Source of the DNA: Rotaria socialis
Lineage: Eukaryota
Assembly: GCA_905331295.1 (NCBI GenBank)
Contig: CAJNYD010000449.1
Location: 248,001 to 312,000, forward strand
Direction: 5' to 3'
DNA length: 64,000 nt
Shown: piece by piece, positions 53,043 through 64,000 of the stretch
How positions within the stretch are numbered: the stretch's first letter is position 1
Layout: every line of letters starts with the position of its first letter
Position numbers and translations under genes: made by a program
The notes under the pieces: generated by a model
The model's database searches: none
What the model saw: only the letters and a program-made list of their open reading frames with translations
Told to the model about the DNA's origin: nothing

Positions 53043-56000
53043 TCACACCCACTGTACTGGACCTGAACATGTCGAACATACATAAAGATTTTTACCAATA
53101 AAAGCTAGTTTAGTTGTTGAGGAATTATCACTTTGTGCTGATGAACTGTCGCTTTCGCCTAATTCTTTAAGTAAAGTCAAAATACGTGTTCGTGTTTCTT
53201 CATCAAAATTGGATAATGATGGTAATGTAGATGAAGCAGTAATTGATAGTTTATCACTATTTGATGTAGTAGTTTGCTCAGCTGCTGATGACGAAGATAA
53301 TATATTATCGACCATTTCAGGCCATTCTAATGAAACAAAAACAACAATCAGAAATTACATATACGGAAAATATCATTCGACACAGTTATTTCATCTTGTC
53401 AAACAGTCATATCTCGGAATTCTATAACAATTATAGATGATGACATTTTGTTTTTCTAACTTCATCTAAACTAGCTGATATTTCGATATTTAAAAATTAA
53501 ATATATAAAAAATTAAATAATAGTTTGGCTCAGCAAATATATATGAAAATATTTTCTACAAAGAATTGCTTCTATTCAGATTGAAGACTGAACATACATC
53601 ATCGCCAAACATGAGATTCGAACTTTACTGTAGTATATCATTAAACAACTAAACTAAAAATGTTATACCATTTTCATCAGCAGTTTGTTGTTTGTCTGAT
53701 GAAATCGCTTCATTATTAACAGATTTTTGATTCGTTGTATCCGTTGATGGTTTATTCAAACCACGCATAAGTAATGTTTCTAGCTCAGATAATTTTCTCT
53801 GAAATAAATCAACTTAAAATTGCATAGAGAAAACAAATCCGACCGTTTACTTGTAAACTCAGTCTATCATGACTCAATTGTTTAATATAATCATCTTTTT
53901 CTTGATAACGTCGATGAAGTTGTTGACGTTGTTGTTGATATAATGATATATAATCACCTACATGAAGAAATAAATATTAATAAATAGATTAGATTTCTTT
54001 AGATTTCTTTACCGATTGTATCTGTTTCACTTTGTAATTGTAAAATAAGATGTTCAAGTTGTTGAGTTCGATCTTGTAGATCAGCATTATCACGCATAGC
54101 TCGATTGAAACGTTGCTAAAATATTTCAATCATAAAACGAATCAATCAAAAGCAAAATCAATTGGTTTTACAATAATTTTGTCAACCAATCCATTTGGAA
54201 GTTGATGAGTATCATCAACACCTGCAGTAAGCGATGACAATGAACTCGAATCATTTAATTGTGACGGATCTACTGGTTTAGATTCTGATTGTTGTTCTAA
54301 TTGTGCAAGACGTTCTCGTAGCGATATATTTTCTTCTAATAATTCATTGAGTCGCTAAATAAATAAACAAAAATGCTATAAATCCTAAATAGAAAAACTC
54401 TAATTCATGAATCAAATTTCTCAATAAATCACGTTTTTAAAATTAAAAACTCTTAGAAGAATCGAGATGAAACAATGCTCTAGCAAATTTTTAATTAAAT
54501 AATTAACAGGTTTAGCAATTGCTGATTACTTAAAAATCTATACAAAACTTTTGAAGGTTCGTTTTATCACAGATTTTGAATAACGTAGAATCTAAAGGCG
54601 CCCAGATAAAGATCCTTCTTTATCACTGTACCGGTTTGTTTAGATTATTTGAAAAAGAGAAGAAGAAAAAAATCCTTTTCTTAAGCTTTATATTGAAGTC
54701 TTAGATTCAATCCTTATGTTTTTACAATTAGTCAAATCACGAAAGACAAAATATATGCGAATCCTGTAAGTAGAATAGGTTTAGAATACATGAATTTGCT
54801 ATACTGATATAGCTAGATAAATGATAAAAGCATTAAATTCACATTTCATAAATATATAAGTACAATCACTGTCATTAAATCTAAAAGTCGACTACTGTGT
54901 TAGAAACGTGTTTGTTGACAAGGGCTTATATAGAAGCGCCTTGCCACTTTTAATCTTAAATGATATTTAAGACTGTTTGCATAAAATTAACTTCTTTCTT
55001 ACTGACTGACGAAATGGTTTCTATCTAGTTTTTTAGTAGCTCGCTAAAACTTTTGTTTAATTTAACATGCAAAAACACCTACCTGAGTGGTATTTTCTGA
55101 TTGTTCTTCACTATTATTGGATATTATTTGAGGTTTTTCTTGATTTGGAATCTTAAAAACAAATTCTAAATAATAAATCCTTTATAAAAAAATCATCCAC
55201 ATACATGATGTGCCTTTGTTTGAACTTCTTGAAATTGAAGTTCATTTTGTGCAAGACGCTCATTTAATTGTTTATTTAAATATTCTTGAGCTTGAATTTG
55301 ATTTGTTAAATTCATGTTGTCATTTGACTACATAGGAAAAAAGAACTTATCGCGATTAATTTTTCTTTTTTAAATTTTAGTACCATTTTAATAAAACTAT
55401 CTTGAAGTTCAGTTAATTGATCTTTCAGTTGTTTATTTTGTGTGATAGCACGTGATATTGTTGTTTTATCGTCATGTATTGTTTGTAATAATTTTTCATG
55501 ATCCATACTATTTTCATCTAATGAAGTTTTGTTTTAATAAAAATATCAATCTGCAATTAATGGCAAACTATAACTTACGAACTTTCCCACTGCTTTCCTC
55601 TAATTCAGCAATACGTGCATCTTTTTCAATTAATTTTCTAGAATCAAACAAAATAATATAAGTTTAATTGTATGCAAAAAACATAAGCTAATACTTTGCT
55701 ACGTGTTCATTTTCTAACTGTATTTCAGCGTATTGTCTAGACCATTGATCAATAGCACTTCTAAATAATTCATTTTCTTGTCGAAGAGAATCGCGTTCTA
55801 AAATTAAATCATCATTAACATTGCGATGGTTTACTGTTTGATCATTATGTATTTGAGTTAATTTCATTTCTAGATAAAATACATAGGATTCGTTTTAAGA
55901 TTTTTTAAAACGAAGAAATATTCAAACCATAAGCTTGTTTTATCGCATCTTTTTCATTTTCTAACAGATTATTTGTTTGAACTAATTGATTTATCTGAAT

Positions 56001-59000
56001 TCAAGACTAAATTTAAAATATATTTAAAACGATTATGGAATCTTACTTGATCATTAAGTTCTTGTATGTGACGTTGCACATTAGCATTATATTGTTGATA
56101 TTGTAAATGCATTTGATCATAATCGAAACGCATTTGGTTGATGGATGAGAGAAGCTTTAAATAGGGATTTAAAAAATGAATTCATATCATCCGTGCCCTT
56201 GGTGGACGAAGTATTACATGAATTTAATAGTTAACGCTTTTTTTTCTATATTATGCCATACAAAATATTTCACAGCCGGAGATTATCAAATAAATGGAGA
56301 CTAACCAGAATATCCAATAATCTCATCGTCTAGGGAACAGTTTTACGATTAGTAACTATACTGACATTAAACTATGTTACATGACAATGTCACGAAGCGT
56401 GACCGTTATCTCGACAAAAATCTGCCGACGATCACCTAGTCAAAAAAAAATTCTACTGATAGTTGATGACTGCCACACTCCATATGATTTATTATGTGTA
56501 AATTTAGATTCAGTTTTTTGTTTTTTTCACTTCATACTTACAGACAATGGTTACTGGCAGATTTTTTTTCTGTTGCTTCATTACTCATTTTAAAAGTCAA
56601 TCCATTATCTGTTTATAAAAATTTGTTATAATTAAATTAGATGCACTTAAAATAAAAACATACAAGAACTCTTAAATTGGTGGTTATAAATTCAGGTAAT
56701 GTATTTAGATTTTTATTTGCCAATTTTTCGAGAGTATCATCTTTTTCTTTAGTGTTTCAAAGTATTTCATTACAATTTATGATTAGTTAAATTATCAACT
56801 AGACGAAAACCTTAATTAGAAAACTCAATTTATGTCTGTTTGCTACCATCATCAATAACCATTTATGGAAATTCTTAATACTGTAAACAATAAATTTTTT
56901 ATAGCTCATAGTGATGATTTCTACAATTGGCTAATTGTTTGCAGAATGAAAATTCGGTAAGACTAATTCTTAAATGTGAAAAAGTATGAATCAAGTTACT
57001 ACTAGCTGCATATTATTCATATTCAACATTTTGATAATAAATGCGCATTTCTAGTTTGGAAATATCTGAATATTGATAGTTTTGAATATGATTTATTTGT
57101 TCATTATTGTAAATAAAATTGTGAGTATCATCAATCAGTTAGTTTCCTATATGGTTGATTGTTTAGGTTAAAAAATATCCAAAATAATCTATTTTATCCA
57201 AATATGAAATCGACCAACCTAATCTAACAAAAATCAAGCTGTTATATTTTTATAATTCAATCTTGACAAATGAAAGACTCGACCAAAATAAGGAATACTT
57301 TTTTCTTGTTCAAGACGGGCAATGTACTATTCTGATGAAAATAATTCATTTATTTAATAGGCTATTCAAGTAAAATCAAATATAGTGAGATTTTTCTGTT
57401 ATATATTTATAGTGATTTAAAATCAATAACTTCGTGTCTCTTTGCCAAATGACCAGCACTCGACGGCTTTTTTTCTAGGCAGAAACGATCAATTGAAAAA
57501 TTCGAGATTCTTACATATCACTAGTAAATTATTCGAAGAATAATTGCTTCGAAAATAGTTTTCTTATTCGAGAAAGTACTAAAAGAACATTTAGATTAAT
57601 TATCTCTTACCGCTTCTGTTTCGTTTGTTTTTAATGATACTGTTCTTTGTAATTCTTCAATATGCTGTTCAAATTTATTGACTACTGATGTATCATTGAT
57701 CGACTAATTCAACAGAAGAGAATGACCTTATTTAGAAATAAATAATTATGTCTGCGCACCTGAAATTGTTGCAAACGAATTTCTGATTGTTCTACTTTTT
57801 GTTTTAATTTAATGATTTCATTATTTAACTGTTCAATAATATTCTGTCGATTATTGAATTTTCCATCGAGTTCATTTAAATTTTGTTGGAGATCTTCGAT
57901 TATTTGACTATCACAAACTTTTATTTTCAAATAAAATAATATCTATTAGAATATGTTACCTTTGACGAGTATTTTCTGTTTTAAGTTGATTAATTTCTTT
58001 ATCCGATTCTTTAACTGTCTGAATAGAGCAAATCGAAAAAGAAAATAATAAATAAATGGATATACAATTAAATCAAACCATTTCTCGTTTGAGTGCGTCG
58101 GATGTTGAATTTTGGGTATGTTTTTCAAGTTCTTCAACACGTTCACGAGATCCTTTTAAACGTCCGTGAATTTCATCCATTTCACTTTGCTTGCGTTCAA
58201 GTTGTTTTATTGATTGACTTAATCTAGCTGATAAATCAGTTTTTTCTGCTACAAGAATACCTATTGTTTGAACATGAATCTAAAGAATCATAAAGAATAA
58301 AAAAATTGAATTTGAAATTACAATATCTAGTAATTTTTACTTCAAGCTGTTCTTGTAAGTGTTCGAGATCACGACGATATTTATGCTCAATTTGTCGAGA
58401 AAACTCAACATCAGGTTGAGTTAAACTTGAACGACCGGACTAAAGTAAAATAGAAATTTAAAATATGATTCATGTTGTGGAACTTTTTTCTTTAATAAAT
58501 AATCACCACACTACTACTACCACCAATCTGTCGTTGATCTTCGAGACGGGCTCGTTGTTGTTTTTGATTTTCAATCAAAAGAGCATATTGGCGATTTTGT
58601 TCCTTAAGTATTTAGATTAGTAATTTCATGCGTAAAGTGAAGCGTTTAAAAGTTTTCTACTCTCTATTTTTGCCAAATATAACTTACTTCTAGCTCAAGA
58701 ACAGGAGATTTTGATAAATTTACATGAATTCCATTGAGTAAGGCTTGTTGTTCAGTAAAAAATGTAGTTACATCATGTGGATTCGTACGGGATCTAAATG
58801 TAACGTTTTTTTTTAGGGAAAGAGGAGATGAAAAATAACATACATAGTGTGGTTATTGGTGTCATATTCTCTGGATATCTAGAGAGAGAGAGAGAAAACG
58901 AATGCATAAGAACTATATTGGAAAAGACATATTACTCCATGTGTAGAATCAGCAGTGGCGTGATTTGTTTCGGAAATGAAGGTCAACTGACCATTGCCAT

Positions 59001-59138
59001 TCTGTTGCTGTTGTTGCTGTTGATCACGAAATTTTTTTAACTAATATATTCAATTTATTAATGTTTAAAACAACAAATGAATTTAAATACTTTTCGACGA
59101 GCATTCGCCAAATTTTCTATTTTGTCATTATCGATCAT
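53043..59138 (-). CDS. GOLGA2: Golgin subfamily A member 2 (GM130)-like coiled-coil protein
   Basis: Multi-exon. N-terminal LANARRK-LKKFRDQQ, IHVQTIGILVAEKTDL, TISRAITQNKQLKDQLTELQDSF, ETDTIGDYISLYQQQR, C-terminal CSTCSGPVQWV*. Confidence 0.85.
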
Positions 59139-61574
59139 AGTTGTTGTCGCTCAATATCCGAGAGACCGTGATCATTCACTAAGGTAACATGAAGAAACAA
59201 ATTGGAATTATTGTGTAAATCACCCTCAAATGAAGCTTGGAACTGTCGTATCTAATAGAACAAAAAGGTAAAGTAGCTGACGCGTAGAGATTTGTGTATC
59301 AATCAAATCAATTGGTAGATGTGGTACTTACTGGACTATAACAACATACGTATTACACACACGCGGAAGAATCCACATCTTGAAGACAATAGATGTCTCT
59401 ATTCACCAAAAAATTTTCTGATGGAATTTTTATTGACTTTAGGAGAAATAGAATTCTATTATCGGTTTTAAGGGAAATCAAGGTTTTACTATGAACATAA
59501 AAAATAGGCAATGCAGTTTTTGATGTTAGACTCTTAAAATTATCGACTGGTGCTGTTTTAACAATCCGATATAAATATGAATTTGAAAAATCAGTTTTTC
59601 TCTATGCATTTAAAAAATTATATTTGATTTATTGGTGAATTAATTTCACAAACTCAATCAAAAATAAATATTTTTCCAATATTTATTTTTAAAGGGCATA
59701 ACTAATTCAGGTGTAACAGCATTGCCAACCGTCAGACAATATATTCACGGTATTTTAATTCTGAATATAGTTAGACTGCAGAATATTTTTCTACAAGAAA
59801 TATTTGCAATAAAAATAGAATTTTTTATTGACACAGAAACTCTCATTTCAGATCAAAAGTTCTACTTATTCTTATTCATATGGAATAAGAAACAATTATG
59901 CTGAATATCCATATATTTTTCTGGTTTTTCAAAAGCACACTTGTAATAGTTATATTTAAAATATGCAAATATTGACGTAGGCAAAAAGTAATAGAATGAT
60001 TAAATTTCACTATTCCACTATATTAGTCAAAACATTGATCGACTAAATTTAACCGATCAATAACAAGACAATGTATATTAACAAGTAATTTTCAGTACAA
60101 GTTGACATTTTCCAAAAGAAATAACTCGTACATTAGACGAACTATCGTAAAACATTATTCTCCAGAAATAAGTCAAGAAATAGTAGAAAGAAAATATTGC
60201 TACAGCCTTGCGGCTAATTTAAACAGTAAATTCAAATGAATGCAGAAACGTTTTGACTATGAACAGTTGATATAGATGCCTACTTCAATAGTAGTGACGT
60301 GATTTATGATAGTATACCGAAGTCAAAGTTAAATCTTCATTTTTATCATACAACATGATCTATACATGAGAAGGTTTTATTTCGTCGACATTCAATTCAA
60401 CCATGCTTTGAGCGAAATATTCATAATGTCATAACTACATCGTAAAATTTCTGATAATTATAGTACAGAGAGCACAATCGGCATAGAACGAGAGGAAAAT
60501 TCTGTTTTTACAGAAACTTACTTTTTTAAAAATTTGTCTCATAAATGATCTTGTGTATACATTTTATAGGAAGGTGGCTGTCTATTTTAGAAAGCAAAGA
60601 ATCATTCGCCATCGACTAAGAATAATTGCATACTCGATCTGTTTATCAACAATTATTGTGTAGTTACTGCTGAAAATCGAGAGAACAAAACAACAAGTTA
60701 TGTGATTCAACAATGTACTTTCTACTGACTCATATAGTTACATTTAGAAAACCTAATAGCCCAATATCGTTTATGTGAAAATGCTTTACAGATACAATAA
60801 TAAAAACTGACTGACGCTCGTATTGCTTCTTTGTTCGGCTTAGTATATAGTTACATACGCTATTATTTATTCTTATTTGTTGAAAGAATTCAATAATTAT
60901 AAACAGTTGAGTAGATACGAAGAGTATATGCATTATTATCTAGTAAAGATATTTTGAAAATTCAAGAACAAGCGCGAGTTGTGAGGATAATTGTGCTTTT
61001 CAATGAAACCTGTTGTGCTCAATTGGTATTCGTGTCAGCCAACTATCATTAAAATGTTCTGGGCTAAATTTTATTGAAAAATTTATTTCTCTTGTTACCA
61101 ATGATAAAATTCCTCAAAGAGTCAACATGCGAATCAACACTTTCCTTAGAATATATCCAAAGAAAATATGATATTTCAAAGTGAAGAATTTTTTTTTTGA
61201 TGTTGTATATCGATCCTTTACAATTGAGAAACAAAATGATCTATTATACAGTGTCGATAAATTAGTTTCACGTGAAGATGGCGCCATCGCACAATAAATG
61301 TATCTATCAAAATATTCTTCGCTTATAATTGTATTTGTAATTATATATCAATAATTGTTAAATATTTCTATTTCATAGTCCTCAAAAATTTACATCACTA
61401 TTTTATTCAATAGAGACCAACATATGTTCTCAATGTTTCTCGTTATGTTATTGACGATTGATCGGTTATTCTTCTTCTTCGCCTAGCCTTTTTGTTTTGT
61501 TTATTTGTCGTTCTGTCAGCGGTTAAAACGTGCATATTGACCGTATTGTTTTCTTTAGACAATAAAGTAGAAGA

Positions 61575-63646
61575 ATGTCATCAAATAGTGCATCTCCTCT
61601 TGCAACTGAATCAAATGGTTCAACATCGTCAGGTATTTCATTAACTGCCTGTGATGATCGAACATGTCCAGCTGCTAAATGTGCATTATGTCTTCATTGT
61701 TCACAGCAATATTGCTTTGTTCACTTTCTTAAACACAATGAACAGTTATCATTAAATGCTTATAATTTTACTCTAGCCATTGATCAACTTGGTAAATTTG
61801 AATTCATTTCTAACTAGTATAGCTTATTTTGTTTATTTTTTTCTTACGAGTAGAAGATCAAATAAAAAATTTGAAATTAGATGAATCACTTCGCCGAACA
61901 ATACATTCCCTTGATCAATGGCGTAAGAATTTGATTAGAACCATTGAATATGTGTATCAAGAAAAACTTTCATCAATAAAATCAAATTATATTCAATTAA
62001 GTAATGATTTACAACAATTCCAATTTGAACAATCATCACATATACAAACATTGAGAATTGATCTTGAACAAATGAAATTTATTCGTAGTACCTATGGTAT
62101 GTTGTTATTACCTACGTATTCGACTAAAAAGTATTGAGCAATCTTTGGTAAACCTTTTCTTTTCAGATGAAGAAATGGAAAAAATTCAACTAACAATAAA
62201 ACAATTACAAAAAAATGTCTCCACACTTGAATATGATTTACATTTGAAAGAACGTCAGACACCAAATATCTATGATTCAATTGAATGTGAAATGATATGG
62301 AAACGGCATAGAATAGATAATATTCAAGCATCAATTATTACCAATGCAGATGAAGATACGAATACCGGTACAAATCATGATGATGAAAATGCTTCCGATT
62401 ATTTAACAGCTGGTACACCGCCATCATCAACATCAAGTCCAACATATGAACATTGTTTACTTTCATTTCTTGTCGGAAATGATTCATCAACAAATAAAGA
62501 TAATAAAATAGCTACATCAGATATGAAAAAAAATGTGTCAAATAAAAAGAATTCATCGATTGAAAATACACAAACAAATAGTGCAATAACAACCATATTC
62601 CACAATAGTAATAAAAAAAGAAGAATCTGTATGAGCTGTGGAAAATGCTAGTAAGTTATCCAGCCTTCATTTTAAAGCTGGGTATAAATAATCATATCTT
62701 CTGTTTTAATAATAAATATGATGGAATACATAGTTTTATAAAGAGACTTTTTCAAAATGCGCAATTCGTTCAATTTTACTCGAGAAAATTTTTGAACGTA
62801 GAAAAAAAATACTAACGAGTCATGCCCATGTATTACTAGATTAGTTTGATCATGAATGTTTTATTCTTTCTACAGAGGAGATGGGAATGCAACTTTTCGA
62901 AATTCAATGTGACACTGTATAAATATGAGTCATAACTAATATACTTTTTTTTCTTGAAAACCTGAATAGTACGTTTTTGAAGTCACTTTTATGCTGGTAG
63001 ATTCTACGTTCTTATTTCTAGAATAGAAGTAGATCAGAAGACTAGAGACACTAAAAGTAAATTTCTTTCGTTAAAATTCGTTTCAGTACAAATTTTTATG
63101 AGAAAAGGTAAAAACTAGTTTTCTTCATGACTTTGAAGGAGGACCAGTCAGTCTCAGATTTAAAAGTGTTCGACTAGCAAGAATTTATCAGATAGAGTAG
63201 TTTCTTTTTCTTCGATTTTATATGGAGAAGTTTTGACGAGGCTCATTTCACATCATAAAAATAAATTCCACTATAATGATCCTAATACTGATCGTATTCA
63301 AGGAAGTACACTTCACGTGATGGCAAGAGTATTGAGCGAAAATCAACTGATTGTGGAGTTGCTTTAACGAAAATAAAACAAAATGTTGATTTTATAAAAA
63401 AAAAATCGAGAGTGTGACCTTACGATATTTTTAATTAGATTTTCTCCATTGAAATATAGTTAACAATATTAAAATTTACTTTATAGCCATCCAAGTAGTT
63501 TACAGCGTCATTATCGTCAATGTAAACGTCAATCTGCCCTCCAACAATTAAATCCATCAAGTTCTTGTTCCAGATTAGTCGAAGAAACAAAATTAAAAAC
63601 AGTAACTAACATGACCAATCAACAACAGAATCAAGTTGATTCATAG
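61575..63646 (+). CDS. Uncharacterised protein: N-terminal Cys/His cluster (B-box-like), coiled coil, C-terminal C2HC zinc finger
   Basis: Exons 61575-61791, ~61854-62096, 62167-62650, 63487-63646. C-x4-C...CLHCSQQYCFVHFLKH, then LDQWR coiled coil. Splicing 62650 to 63487 completes CMSCGKCYHPSSLQRHYRQC (C-x2-C-x11-H-x3-C). Confidence 0.7.
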
Positions 63647-64000
63647 TATCAAATAACTGATCTCAAAATTGAATATCTAATTTAGTCAAAACGCAAAACT
63701 TTATTCTTTTATCAAAATTTTTTCCGTCGATGATATTTTAAACAAAAACTGAGCTAACAAGTAGCAAAAACAAATCAAATTTCTTTTTTCTAGTTGCTGT
63801 TCTCGATATATTTGTGTGTACATATTTTTTGTTAGTATAGCATCGAACAAAAAAATCATATTGTTGTTGTTGTTGTTGTTATTGATGATGATGATTTTTA
63901 TAAAACTGTTGCGCTCTATGTGTTGTTTTTGATTTGTTCTCGTTTTTAAGTCTAACATCTTTTTTTTTTCTTCAGGGCAGAAAAATTGTATGTTGATGAA

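Noticed and set aside
1..64000. tRNA, rRNA, SL-RNA or prokaryotic defence systems
   Set aside because: None recognised by eye; tRNAscan-SE and Infernal would be needed to exclude small RNAs.

Overview
AT-rich eukaryotic genomic DNA with many short (~50-70 bp) GT-AG introns and tightly packed genes. It looks like an invertebrate (spiralian) genome; composition, intron style and embedded non-metazoan-type genes suggest a bdelloid rotifer, but that is inference. About 17 spliced protein-coding genes were reconstructed by hand: HSD17B12-like reductase (runs off the left end), U2AF1, PPP6C, RERE/atrophin (with a double polyQ), an orphan gene, two tandem divergent PBX-type TALE homeobox genes, a MARVEL-domain protein, a block of four metabolic/transport genes (TDA3-like FAD oxidoreductase, intronless peroxisomal 2-hydroxy-acid oxidase, N-formylglutamate-amidohydrolase-like enzyme, FUSC/aromatic-acid-exporter-like transporter), a calponin/transgelin with duplicated alternative first exons, ABCF2 with a nested antisense InaF-motif gene, GINS1, GOLGA2/GM130 and a Cys/His-rich coiled-coil C2HC zinc-finger gene. 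The main leads are a candidate horizontally acquired metabolic gene island (28.4-39.5 kb), two candidate operons resolved by SL trans-splicing, and a PBX tandem pair with an altered recognition helix. Also present are a Helentron/DINE-1-like non-autonomous element, a MITE-like element and a probable haplotype-overlap assembly duplication around the single N. Exon coordinates were read by eye and may be off by a few bases.
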